DNA of 64,000 bases from Bacteroidia bacterium (GCA_038206385.1 JBBRAW010000005.1:4241-68240), one strand, 5' to 3'. Counted from the stretch's first letter, positions 20,727 through 31,185 are shown. Made by a program: numbers and translations. The notes: generated from the sequence alone by a model not told the origin.

Positions 20727-22214
20727 CTATTTTGTATTTAATGCCAACATGATTTCTCTAAAACTTGCAAGACCTGATTCTAAGTTTTCGATAATATCAT
20801 TTGCCAATACATCAGGATCCGGCAAATTATCGAGATCAGCAAGTGATTTATCTTTTAACCAAGTAATATCCAAACTAGTTTTATCTCTAGAAATAATTTC
20901 ATCATATTTAAACTTTCTCCAACGACCTTCAGGGTTTGTATCTGTGTTGTATGTCTCTTTTCTTTTGTTTCTATTCTCAGGTTTATAACAAGCTATGAAG
21001 TCTTTTAGTACTTCGATATTCAATGGATTCTTCTTTAAAGTGTGATGGATATTCGTTCGATAATCATACACCCATATTTCTTTTGTACAAGGGTTTTTAC
21101 TTGCTGGTTTATTGTCGAAGAAAATAACATTTGCTTCTACTCCTTGAGCATAAAATATTCCTGTTGGTAAGCGTAAAATTGTATGCAGATCGGTTGTTTC
21201 CAACAATTTTTTACGAACTGTTTCACCTGCCCCGCCTTCAAACAAAACATTATCGGGTAATACAACGGCTGCCATTCCAGTTGTTTTTAGCATGGAACGA
21301 ATGTGTTGTACAAAGTTCAATTGCTTGTTACTTGTTGTTGCCCAAAAGTCCTGACGGTTATACGTTAAATAATCTTTCTCTTGCTCGCCTTCGTCATTAG
21401 TAAAGGTTTGAGAGCTCTTTTTCCCGAATGGTGGATTAGCTAAAACATAATCGTAAGTTGAAGGAGAAGCAGCAATTAATGCGTCTGCAGGCGAAATAAA
21501 ATTATCGCTTTCGATATCGCCAATGTTATGCAAGAATAAATTTATTAATGCTAATCGTCTTGTGCCTGCAACAATTTCATTTCCGAAAAACGTTTCCAAT
21601 TTCAGAAACTTATTTTGTGCTTTATCAAGTTTATTATTTTCTACAATATAATCATAAGCAGCTAAAAAGAATCCGCCTGTTCCACAACTTGGATCTGCAA
21701 TAGTTTTCATGGGTTGTGGTTGAATACATTCTACCATTGCACGAATTAAAGGACGTGGTGTGAAGTATTGCCCTGCACCACTTTTAACATCTTGTGCGTT
21801 TTGTTCTAATAGTTTTTCATAAATATCTCCTTTTACATCGGCACCCATTACCAACCATTGTTCGCTATCAATCATATCTATGATTTTAGCAAGCATAGCA
21901 GGATCCTGAATTTTATTTTGGCTCTTAGTAAATATTTGCCCTAGTATTCCTTTCGCAGTGCTTAACTCACGTAACAACGTAGCATAATGCAATTCAAGTT
22001 CTGCTCCCTTTTTACTAGTTAAGCTTTCCCAATTGTATCCTTTAGGAATTGGTAGTTTACGATTATGCGGAGGCTTTGCATATTCATCTGCCATTTTCAA
22101 AAACAGTAAATACGTTAACTGCTCTAAATAATCTCCATACCCCACGCCTACATCACGTAGTGGATTATAGAAAGACCATACTTTGGAGACTATGGAAGAG
22201 GTGTTGTTGCTCAT
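20727..22214 (-). CDS. hsdM: Type I restriction-modification methyltransferase subunit (N6-adenine)
   Basis: YLEQLTYLLFLKM, AGQYFTPR, DPSCGTGGF, ANPPF, LRLPTGIF. Reading frame is intact. Confidence 0.94.
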   Translation of the reverse strand: MSNNTSSIVSKVWSFYNPLRDVGVGYGDYLEQLTYLLFLKMADEYAKPPHNRKLPIPKGYNWESLTSKKGAELELHYATLLRELSTAKGILGQIFTKSQNKIQDPAMLAKIIDMIDSEQWLVMGADVKGDIYEKLLEQNAQDVKSGAGQYFTPRPLIRAMVECIQPQPMKTIADPSCGTGGFFLAAYDYIVENNKLDKAQNKFLKLETFFGNEIVAGTRRLALINLFLHNIGDIESDNFISPADALIAASPSTYDYVLANPPFGKKSSQTFTNDEGEQEKDYLTYNRQDFWATTSNKQLNFVQHIRSMLKTTGMAAVVLPDNVLFEGGAGETVRKKLLETTDLHTILRLPTGIFYAQGVEANVIFFDNKPASKNPCTKEIWVYDYRTNIHHTLKKNPLNIEVLKDFIACYKPENRNKRKETYNTDTNPEGRWRKFKYDEIISRDKTSLDITWLKDKSLADLDNLPDPDVLANDIIENLESGLASFREIMLALNTK

Positions 22215-22219
22215 GATTT

Positions 22220-22768
22220 TTATATTGATATGGGTAAAGAATGAATATAGTCTAAATGATTTGAAGTTCTGTGTAATACATTTAGATATTCATTGAGCTT
22301 AGGAGCAAATTGAATGTAAAAATCTTCATGCAGCTTGTTTTTAAAAATTGTAATGGCTTTTTTAATAAACAGATAAACCTGTTGATTATATCTGGTGAAA
22401 CAAGTTGTAAAATGATTGGTGGACATCGAAAATGGTATTTCCAACACCAACATTATCAATTCCATTTCCAACAATTTATCTTTGCATACCTTGGCAAACT
22501 CATTGATTTTTTTGTTGCAAGTAGCCAACATGTTTGCTAATTGCAATTCTTCAGAAAAGCCTTTGTAATTTTTACTGAATAATATTTCTAATTCTTTTTT
22601 AGTCTGTTCAAAAAGTTCATTTTCTCCATTAACTTTATCAATATAGTTAATAATCAAATAATCGTGAAACTGCCTATTGTTTGATGCAGCTTTTATAACC
22701 AATTTTTCCAAATCGGTTTTTGAAAGCCGTGAAATCTCCTCTTTCACAAATGAATCAATTTTTGCCAT
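22220..22768 (-). CDS. Hypothetical helical protein
   Basis: 182-aa intact ORF ending 5 bp before hsdM; no motif recognised. Confidence 0.6.
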   Translation of the reverse strand: MAKIDSFVKEEISRLSKTDLEKLVIKAASNNRQFHDYLIINYIDKVNGENELFEQTKKELEILFSKNYKGFSEELQLANMLATCNKKINEFAKVCKDKLLEMELIMLVLEIPFSMSTNHFTTCFTRYNQQVYLFIKKAITIFKNKLHEDFYIQFAPKLNEYLNVLHRTSNHLDYIHSLPISI

Positions 22769-22769
22769 G

Positions 22770-22945
22770 CTTAATTTCGTTTTTCACTTTTATTTCCTGC
22801 GTTTTACCTTTCATTGCTCCATGTGGTGTGGTATATTAAAAAATGAAACTAACCACCTCTTCCTGCACTTCGCCTGTTTCAAAAATGTTTTTGAGATGCT
22901 TGGTTATGGCAGGTTGTTACACCCCAAATAATTCAGCTATTTTTT
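22770..22945 (-). pseudogene. RhuM-family (virulence/DNA-binding protein) fragment
   Basis: Manual translation QKIAELFGV*QPAITKHLKNIFETGEVQEEVVSFIF*YTTPHGAMKGKTQEIKVK: two in-frame stops and truncated. Confidence 0.7.
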
Positions 22946-22956
22946 GCTTTTTTCAT

Positions 22957-23097
22957 TTGTCTGAATTAGGATTTATTGATTTTAGGATTTTTGTTTGCAT
23001 TATAATTGGCAATATTAAATAATTGTAGGATTTTATTTTGGTTTTTAATATTGATAATCTTATCATCCTAACATCTTAAAAATCCTAATTCAGACAA
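22957..23097. repeat. Palindromic element copy A (about 141 bp, 18-bp perfect terminal inverted repeat)
   Basis: TTGTCTGAATTAGGATTT ... AAATCCTAATTCAGACAA. Confidence 0.85.
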
Positions 23098-23179
23098 TTT
23101 CCCCTCAAACGTCTTCTTCAAAATATTCTGCATTAATGTTTCTGCTTGTTGCAAACTTTGGCTAATTGTTTCTTCTATT

Positions 23180-23533
23180 TTAAACATATAAACTTTTGTT
23201 TGATAAATCAATTACTAAGTCACTAATTTCATAATTAAACCATTCTTTAAATAGTTTGAATGTTATTTTTTGAGGCCAATCATTTTCATCTATCCACATT
23301 CCTTCTAACTCAATTTCAAAAATATCTTTATAATATTTCTTCGCTATTTTTTCGGGATTGTCAAATAACTCATTGGTAAGATAGGTCTTTGATTCACCCA
23401 ACATATTTTCTTCCAAAGTCATGTCTGGTGTTAAATTATTATTCCAATCAATGAAAGGTTTTTTATATGAAATTGTAATTGCACTTCTACTTAATATATT
23501 CATACGATTAGATTTTATTTTACTTCTCTTCAA
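23180..23533 (-). CDS. Small acidic conserved-looking hypothetical protein (passenger cassette)
   Basis: SRSAITISYKKPFIDW...IFEIELEGMWIDENDWP...LFKEWF. Flanked by about 225-bp direct repeats. Confidence 0.7.
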   Translation of the reverse strand: MKRSKIKSNRMNILSRSAITISYKKPFIDWNNNLTPDMTLEENMLGESKTYLTNELFDNPEKIAKKYYKDIFEIELEGMWIDENDWPQKITFKLFKEWFNYEISDLVIDLSNKSLYV

Positions 23534-23540
23534 ATACCAA

Positions 23541-23688
23541 TGTCTGAATTAGGATTTTTAGGATTAATTGATTTTAGGATTTTTGTTTGCATTATGATTG
23601 GCAATATTAAATGATTGCCTGATTTTATTTTGGTTTTTAATATTGATAATCTTATCATCCTAACATCTTAAAAATCCTAATTCAGACA
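23541..23688. repeat. Palindromic element copy B (148 bp, 20-bp perfect terminal inverted repeat)
   Basis: TGTCTGAATTAGGATTTTTA ... TAAAAATCCTAATTCAGACA; interior nearly identical to copy A. Confidence 0.85.
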
Positions 23689-23689
23689 A

Positions 23690-24960
23690 GTTTCCCCTCA
23701 GAAGCCATTTCAAAATACTCTGCCTTAATGTTTCTGCTTGTTGTAAACTGTTTGTAATTGTATCTTCTATTTTATCGCATACGGTGAGTTTACTTTCTAA
23801 TTCGGAGACGATGAGTTGTTGTTCTTTGAGAGGAGGAATAAATAACGGATAGTTTTTAAAGAATTTGATTCAATGCTTTCCACTGTAGTTCCGTCTTTAC
23901 TACATTTCTGCCTGATTTAATTATTATATGCTTTTATGAACCAATAAATAAATTCAGAAGTCGCTAATTCATTAGGACTCAATGTTTGTAAATCTTGATT
24001 AACTGTTAGAGTTTTTCCTGCAATAGCTACTGGGAAAGTGTGCCTTAGAATTCCACTTCTCATTACAAATAAAATTGCACCTTTTGGAATTCTATTCGCA
24101 GAAGATTTTAATATTGCTTAATCTGTTATCTTATTTATGGAATCATTGATGACTCCAATTTTCATATCCTTAGAAGTGACCCATAGATTTGTACCATTCT
24201 CCCAATATTTATTTACTTGTTTACTAGGTGTACCACCACCTTTCCAAGAACCTAAATCAGATAATTTATATAACTTCCAACCCTTCGGCAATTCCCCTTT
24301 GTCTGAACTAGGATTTTTAGGATTAGAAGATTGTAAGATTTTTTTCTTCTCTCTTCTTTGATTTTTTAAAATCGTATCATCCTTAAATCCTAGGGATCCT
24401 AATTCAGACGATGTAAGTTTCCCTTCAAAAGCCCATTTCAACAAACTTTGGCGGTAAACTTTTAATTGTGCTTGCGCGGTTTTTAGTTGGGATATACCGT
24501 TATCTAATTCGCTGAAGAGTTCTTCAATTTTTGCTACAATAGCTTGTTGTTCGTTGAGGGGTGGGAGCGGAAGTTCAATTTTTTGCAAATCGGTTTTCGC
24601 TAAACTTGGAATAGTGGTACTTTTGTCAAGTTTTTGAAAATTAAAACTCTGGCAAAAGAAAAATAAAAATTTGCTTTCTAATAATTCGTTGAAGGGTGAA
24701 AAACCAAATGCGGTATCAACATTCCAAAATTTTGTTTTCACATAAATTGGTCTATTTATAGTTCCTTTTCTTCCAATAATTGTTGCTCCTTCGTTACATA
24801 AATACTCATCTGCATAACCCATTATTCCTGCACTTCCATATATTGGATATTTTCCATTTGGATTAACAACCGCTTTCTGGTTTTTTCCATTTCTAATGTC
24901 ACATACTTCTCCCAACTTCTTTCTCTGCCAACCCTTCGGCAATTTTATTTCTTCACTCAT
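23690..24960 (-). pseudogene. hsdS: Type I R-M specificity subunit, disrupted in TRD2
   Basis: LPKGW..KLGEVC and PLPPLNEQQAIVAKIEELFSELD...RQSLLKWAFEGKL. Stop at 24118, then further stops and frameshifts in the second TRD and conserved region (PPLKEQQLIVSELESKL...QQAETLRQSILK). Confidence 0.88.
24300..24410. repeat. Palindromic element copy C (111 bp), read in frame inside the hsdS linker
   Basis: TGTCTGAACTAGGAT ... ATCCTAATTCAGACG; translates as SSELGSLGFKDD...SSNPKNPSSDK. Confidence 0.8.
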
Positions 24961-24968
24961 ATTTCGTT

Positions 24969-25112
24969 TCAGTCAAATAGCCATCAAATACATTATTGCT
25001 TGTTGGTCAATGCTTTTTAAAAATTTTCTTTTCCTTTTTTAGTTTCTAGTCAAATAGGCCAAAACTTTCAATTGTTGATAACTTGTCTGTTCAGTCAAAT
25101 AACCATCAAATA
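24969..25112. repeat. Intergenic direct repeats TCAGTCAAATA(G/A)CCATCAAATA
   Basis: Copies at 24969-24990 and 25091-25112; partial copies near 25048 and 25170. Confidence 0.6.
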
Positions 25113-25182
25113 AAGAAATTATTGAAAACCAGTTATTTAACTACATTTTAGGTGTTGTGTAATTGTTCACAGTCAATTAAGA

Positions 25183-26634
25183 TTAAGCCCAACTTGGAAT
25201 GTATTTTACAAATTTTCGTGATGTGTTTTCAGGGTCAACTTCCTTTATTAAACCTGCTTCAAAAGTATCTTTAATAATTCTTGAAACCATTGCAGTATTT
25301 TCATCAGCAATTTTAAATCGCTGCCTTAAACTTTGGTTGGTCATAATTTCATTGGTTACAAATTTCAAACAAGTATGTTGATAGCAAGCTCTTATTCTGT
25401 CATTCTTATCCATATCTGCAAATTTTTGATACGCATATAAAATTACTTTAGTATGTTTCTCTTGGATATGCACATCGTAAGCAGGTAGCTGAAACAATTC
25501 AATATTGAAAACTACTTTATCAATACCGCTTCCTCGTTCTTCACAAATACGAAACCTTCGCATAATAGATGCTAAATCTTCATTACGACTTTGGTATTCA
25601 TCAATAAAACAATTGGGAGTAATTAAGGGTAACCCGGGGTTTGAAATTTCAATACGGTCAGAAAAAATTTCAACCATTGGTCCAGTTCCTATCTCTTCAA
25701 AATCCTAATGGATAATAGAATTGCCAACTAATTCACGAATTGCTATTTCGGGATACATGGTTACGGCATCTCTTAATGCTTGTCCAATAATTTCATTGCT
25801 TGGCAATACATCATTGATATATTTTAACAAGCGTTCAAAACCTACCGCATAACCAAATTTACCTTCTTGGTCTTTTAATGTTTTAATTTTTCCTTTCCCA
25901 TCATATTGAATTACTCTTACTGCTTTTCGTTTTACAGAATCAAATGCCTGTATGTCTTTTGCAAAAAGTAAAGCACCCAAATTGGTAATGCTGTAGCCGT
26001 TTAAAGTTTGCTTAATAAATTTTTCGCTTTCAAATTTTTCAATTACGGCATCACGAGTTGTTGGGTAAGGAACTTTCAATAAATCAAAGTAGCATTGTGT
26101 ATCTAACATTCTTACAACATCAGCCGCCGTCGCAACTTGCAATGATATTACCTTTTCAAAAACATGCTTGGGAAATTTTGTCCAAATCTTTTTTTCTTTC
26201 TCTGGAAAATCTTTTAGTGTTCGAGTAATACTGCCTACCCTCACATAATCATGATTAGAAAAACAAGTTGGTTGGCCATGTGCTGCTTGTATTTGAAAAA
26301 CTGTTAATGCCTTCTCATGATAAACCGTTTCCTGTATTGAAATTTCAATTCGTGGTGAAAGACGTTGTAAAAGCCAGTGCTCTAATTCTTCATTGCCAAC
26401 TTTGTGCAAAGATGCTTTAAAGGTAGTGCCTTCGGGTAAAAGTGTAATATCACTAATTCCAAAAACTAAATAGCCAAACGGTTCATTTTGCAAACAAACA
26501 CCATTGCTTAATGCAGAAATATATTTTCCGATTTCTTCTTCGGTTTTAAGATTGAGTTTAAACTCCGCCCACTCGCATTCTTTGGGAAGCCTAAGTAACC
26601 GTTTAATTGTTTTATTTAATTCGTATTCGGTCAT
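25183..26634 (-). pseudogene. AlbA_2/Schlafen-like DNA-binding plus RecG-C/HATPase-like ATP-binding protein, split by one nonsense codon
   Basis: ECEWAEFK, IGKYISALSN, GYLVFGI, IRELVGNSIIH*DF (TAG at 25705 in frame), EISNPG, RICEERGSG. Confidence 0.82.
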
Positions 26635-26635
26635 T

Positions 26636-26690
26636 TTATGCTTCTAATGCGTCATTTAATTCGTTAACAATTCTTTTCATCACTTCTTAT
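26636..26690 (-). repeat. Orphan copy of the hsdR 3' end
   Basis: TTATGCTTCTAATGCGTCATTTAATTC matches 28303-28329 at 26/27 nt; encodes ...ELNDALEA* versus ...ELNDALAA*. Confidence 0.75.
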
Positions 26691-26727
26691 TTTTAAGAAA
26701 AACTTCAAAATTTTCTCTAAAATAAAT

Positions 26728-27843
26728 TTAATTCACCATATACTTCTTCTCAATCAACTCCAACACATTTTCATTATACATAGCTTGGTTGTTATAAGAA
26801 ATTCTTTTTGCATGCGCTAACTTACCAATAATTATTGCCGGATGTATTTTATATTCTGCAGCACATTCTTCTACTTTACTTGCCGATAAATATCCTAAGT
26901 TAGCATTCAGATATTCCAATATTTCGCAATGCATTAATTTTTGTGAAGCCAGCTCATTAGCTTCTTTTTCCATTGTATTTAACGCTCCATCTTTTAAGTT
27001 ATCTAAAACAAAGCTCACTTCATCATCAAGATGTTTTAATACATGGGCTATTTCATGAGCAACAGTAAACCAAAAATTATCGATTCGTTTATATCTGCCT
27101 GTATAAACAATAACTGGATTTCCTTTGTACAAAAAAGCAGCTCCATCTAAATATGTTTTCTGCAAATGTGGCAATACAAAAAATACAACACCAACTTTGG
27201 AAAGTTCCCTTATAAAAATATTAATTCCGTCTTTTGTGTTGGTGTAAGTATGAATGTTATTATAAAGTTTTTCAAGTTTCTCTTTGTCGAAATTTGTCGT
27301 TTTAACTTTCGCTGCTTCGTTCCTAGCTTTCTGGTACCATGTTATCGCATAGGAGGCATTAAATTGGTTAAAAGCTTCCGATTTGCGTGTAAGGCAAGGC
27401 AAATAATCCTTATCAAGTATTGTGAAATCAAGTTTGTCCCAACTCCAAAATTTAAGCACTTGTTGTTCGAGTTCTTTTGCGGTGCCAAAGGGTTTTAACC
27501 AATTCTTTTTAAGCATGTCTTTTATTGGCATGCGTTCGTAAATAAGACTTTTTAAATCCGCGTCAATTTCATTTTGAGTTTTATCTTGCGCTAACCAAAG
27601 CCGATATCCAGTATCAATATTTATCCAGTATTCAGCAGAAGTATTAAATACCTCTCCAAGTACTCTTGCCATTTCTAAAGTGAGCGCTTGTTTATCCTGA
27701 AGAATTTTATTGAGGTGCTTAACTGTTATACCAATTACTTCGGCTAAATCATCTTGCGTCCAATCACGCAAGTCCATTTGCTCACGAATAAAATATCCGG
27801 GACCAAATTTCTTTGAAGCTTTTAATGCAGTTGTTTGTATCAT
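26728..27843 (-). CDS. higA: HigA-type HTH antitoxin fused to an ImmA/IrrE (M78) metallopeptidase domain
   Basis: GPGYFIRE...WTQDDLAEVIG HTH; RIDNFWFTVAHEIAH (HExxH); EKEAN. Confidence 0.85.
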   Translation of the reverse strand: MIQTTALKASKKFGPGYFIREQMDLRDWTQDDLAEVIGITVKHLNKILQDKQALTLEMARVLGEVFNTSAEYWINIDTGYRLWLAQDKTQNEIDADLKSLIYERMPIKDMLKKNWLKPFGTAKELEQQVLKFWSWDKLDFTILDKDYLPCLTRKSEAFNQFNASYAITWYQKARNEAAKVKTTNFDKEKLEKLYNNIHTYTNTKDGINIFIRELSKVGVVFFVLPHLQKTYLDGAAFLYKGNPVIVYTGRYKRIDNFWFTVAHEIAHVLKHLDDEVSFVLDNLKDGALNTMEKEANELASQKLMHCEILEYLNANLGYLSASKVEECAAEYKIHPAIIIGKLAHAKRISYNNQAMYNENVLELIEKKYMVN

Positions 27844-27864
27844 GATGAACAGTTTTACTTTGTA

Positions 27865-28176
27865 TTAATCGGAATAGTGATTTGATATTTCTTGAAGATA
27901 GAACTTTCCTATTGTTTGATTTTCGTTAATCCACTCAACTTCCATTTCAAGTCTGTATTTATCATTTAGTCGAACAGAATATCTGTTGTTGCTTCCTTGC
28001 AACTTTTTAAATCGCAAGCCTCTGTCCGCTAAAAGATCGTTAATATTTGTTGCAGCTTCTATTTTTTGTATTGTAGCCAAAAAATTTTCAATTATATATT
28101 TCGGCAGCGAAAGTTTCTTCGACTTCCCTGTTAAATATAGTTTTTCAAGCTCTTTGTTATCAATATAAACGACCAC
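27865..28176 (-). CDS. higB: HigB/RelE-like toxin (plasmid maintenance killer family)
   Basis: LEKLY..G, LRFKKLQG, RYSVRLNDKYRL; directly upstream of higA. Confidence 0.85.
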   Translation of the reverse strand: MVVYIDNKELEKLYLTGKSKKLSLPKYIIENFLATIQKIEAATNINDLLADRGLRFKKLQGSNNRYSVRLNDKYRLEMEVEWINENQTIGKFYLQEISNHYSD

Positions 28177-28202
28177 TTTATCAAAATGTTTTACGAAAAT
28201 AC

Positions 28203-28248
28203 ACCTATTAGGTTAATATAACAACTATGATTTACCAAAGAGGTTAAT
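28203..28248. promoter_or_regulatory. Two ACC-N4-AGGTTAAT boxes, candidate HigA operators
   Basis: ACCTATTAGGTTAAT (28203) and ACCAAAGAGGTTAAT (28234), upstream of higB. Confidence 0.45.
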
Positions 28249-28302
28249 TATCAACTCGTTTTTGTTGTACACTATGTAATTAATTCACAAAATATCAATT
28301 AC

Positions 28303-31080
28303 TTATGCTGCTAATGCGTCATTTAATTCTAATAAAATATTTTCATAATCTTCCTTAAACAATTGATAAAACTTACCTAAACCACCGTTTCTGTTAAAAG
28401 GATCTAGATCAAAATCCTCCTTTTCAATATGAAAACTATTCGTCACATAATCTTTAATCATTCTAAGCTAGGCCATTTGATCTTCCGTAAAGCGGTTATG
28501 CTTGCCGGCATTTTTCTTAAAAATCCATTTTTTAAAATTCTCGTCTACAATCGTATCAAAAGCTGTTAGCGTAGCATCTAAACCGCTCACTTTACGGATG
28601 AGCGAAACAATTGCTGTTAATTCATTTCGCACTGAACCATTACATTGCCCTAAAACCTCATAAGCTCTCCACACATTTAGTGGTGCTAATGCAGGATTAT
28701 CACTTTGTAGTTTTTCCAACACTTCTTGAATCATTTTAAAGGTAAGTTCTCTTCTACGAAAAGGTTGATTATAAAAAATCTGCAATGCCATTAATTCATC
28801 TTTGTGTTGTTGCATCCACTCAGTAAACGATTTAATTATTTCAGTTGCTTTGTCTTTGTTTTCTTTATCCCAACCAACATTAATTATTTCATCAGGATTT
28901 GACATATCTACTTTTTGTTCATGAGCTTTACGAACATTTTCAATGTATTCATTTAGTTCTCCAGTGAATACTCTTGCTGCTTCATTCTGTATTTTTTCTA
29001 ACTCAACTTTAATTGCAGCTTCAATTTCTAATGGAGAAGATCCTACTTTTTCATTCTTAATTTTTAATTCTACATTTTCTATCACATCTGGATTAAAAGC
29101 ATTCAACAATTCTTTCACTACTTGTGAAACAGATTTCCCGTTGGCTTTTTCTGCAAATTGCTTTTTTTCTTTCTCTGTAATTTGCTTATCTAATCGAGTA
29201 AGTCTGTTTGCTAATGAAGTAAACAATTCTTCTTCTCTAGCTCCAACTGCAACAGCTTGCAATAAATCTTTTAGCGGTACGCCCGGTTTTTTCTCTAGTG
29301 CTCGGCTATCTGTCTTTAAACTTTTTGTTACACCTATCGCATCGATAATTACAAAATGATCTTTAGTATGTTTGGCGGTAGGAGTTACTTTTTGCAAACT
29401 ATCTAAATCAATCGTTCGTGTTCCGCGACCTTTCATTTGTTCAAAGTAGTTTTTACTTTTCACATCGCGCATAAACAGTAAACATTTTAAAGGCTTTACA
29501 TCTGTACCTGTAGCAATCATATCTACTGTAACTGCAATTCGTGGATAGTAAGCATTTCTAAATTCCGACAATGTACCTTTTGGGTCATCGGCATTGTATG
29601 TAATTTTTTTGTAGAATTTATTTTCCTCTGCAAATTCTTGTCTTACTATATCAATGATATCATTTGCATGACTATCTGTTTTTGCAAAGATTAATGTTTT
29701 CGGTACTTCAAAAATTCCGTTCTTATCAAAACGATCATTAAAAATATTGGGGAGGTTTTCTTTAAATGATTTAATGATAGTTCGAATTTGATTTGGGTTC
29801 ACAACATCTTTATCCAATTGCTGTTTGGAATAATTTTCATCTTCATCTTGCAACTCCATTCGCTTTTTTCTGCTTAAGCGTTCGCGATGTTCTACATATT
29901 CCCCTTTCCAAATTGTAGCACCTTGTTGAGTTATTTTGGTATCAATAATAAAAACTTCATAGCCAACATTTACTCCATCAGCAACAGCCATTTCATGGGA
30001 ATATTCACTCACTAAATTTTGATTGAAATAGCCAATTGTACGTTTATCGGGTGTAGCTGTTAATCCAATTCCAAAAGCATCATAATATTCTAACACTTGT
30101 TTCCAAAGATTATAAATACTTCGATGACATTCATCTATTACAATAAAGTCAAAAAACTCAATTGGCATTTTTGAATCGTATTCAATTGGAGGAATTTCCT
30201 TTGGTTGCCAGTTGCGTTCGTTCGGGTTTTCTTCTTCCTCTTTTTCATCTAATTCTTTACCTTTTAAAACCGAATATAAACGTTGAATAGTACTAATACA
30301 AACCTGGCTATCTGAAGCGATGTAACTTGATTTCAATCATTGCACGCTATATAATTCTGTGAACTTGCGGTTATCATCATTCGGTATGAACGACATAAAT
30401 TCTTGCTCTGCTTGTTCACCTAAATTTTTTGTGTCTACTAAAAATAAAACTCGTTTTGCTTTAGCGAATTTTAGTAATCTATAAATATAAGTGATTGCAG
30501 TAAAAGTTTTACCTGAACCTGTTGCCAATTGAATTAGTGCTCTAGGTCGGTTTTCTTTAAACGATATTTCAAGATTATTAATCGCATTAACTTGGCATTC
30601 TCTCAGTCCTTCATTATTCAATTTTGGCAAATCAAATACCCTTTTGCGAAGTGATTTATTTGTAGTTAACGAATCCCTAAGTGTTTCAGGTTTATGAAAA
30701 TTAAAAACTTCTCTTGCTCTTGGTTTCGGATCTGTAAAATCTGTGAATCTCGTTACCTCACCTGTACTGATATAAACAAAAGGCAAAGGCTCATTTTTAA
30801 GATGTTTCAATTTTGCGTTTGCGTATTCTTAACCTTGTCCTTCGTGAACATTCATTCGATGTCCTTCTTCTTCCCGCTTCGCTTCAATTACACCACAAGG
30901 TTTACCATCAACAAATAATACATAATCTGCAGGACCATCATCTGTCAGATATTCTTTTACCGCTACACCAATTCCAGCATTCAAATTTATCTGTTTAATG
31001 TTTTGAATAACCCAACCGCAAGCTGTCAATTGCTTGTCGATATTATCTCTTGCTATTTGCTCCGGATTTTAATTTGTCAT
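28303..31080 (-). pseudogene. hsdR: Type I restriction endonuclease R subunit (EcoAI/EcoEI-like) with four in-frame stops
   Basis: One 926-codon frame from ATG 31080. Stops at 31069 (TAA), 30829 (TAA), 30337 (TGA) and 28468 (TAG). Motifs IEAK, ATGSGKT, DECH, GLTATP, QMKGRGTR. Confidence 0.92.
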
Positions 31081-31185
31081 TCATTAAAGCCAATAAAAAT
31101 TCTTGGTTAAAATAGCTATTTTAATAATTGAAGCGTTTAGTATTAATCTGCTTTAGGTTTTTTAGCATAAAATAAATCCTAAATT

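Noticed and set aside
22957-25180. CRISPR array
   Set aside because: The repeats are long, few and irregularly spaced, with no equal-length spacers and no cas genes.
28303-31080. Stop-codon recoding or readthrough explaining the in-frame stops in hsdR
   Set aside because: All three stop types occur (TAA twice, TGA, TAG), each one substitution from the expected sense codon, and neighbouring genes use all stops normally. This is ordinary pseudogenisation.
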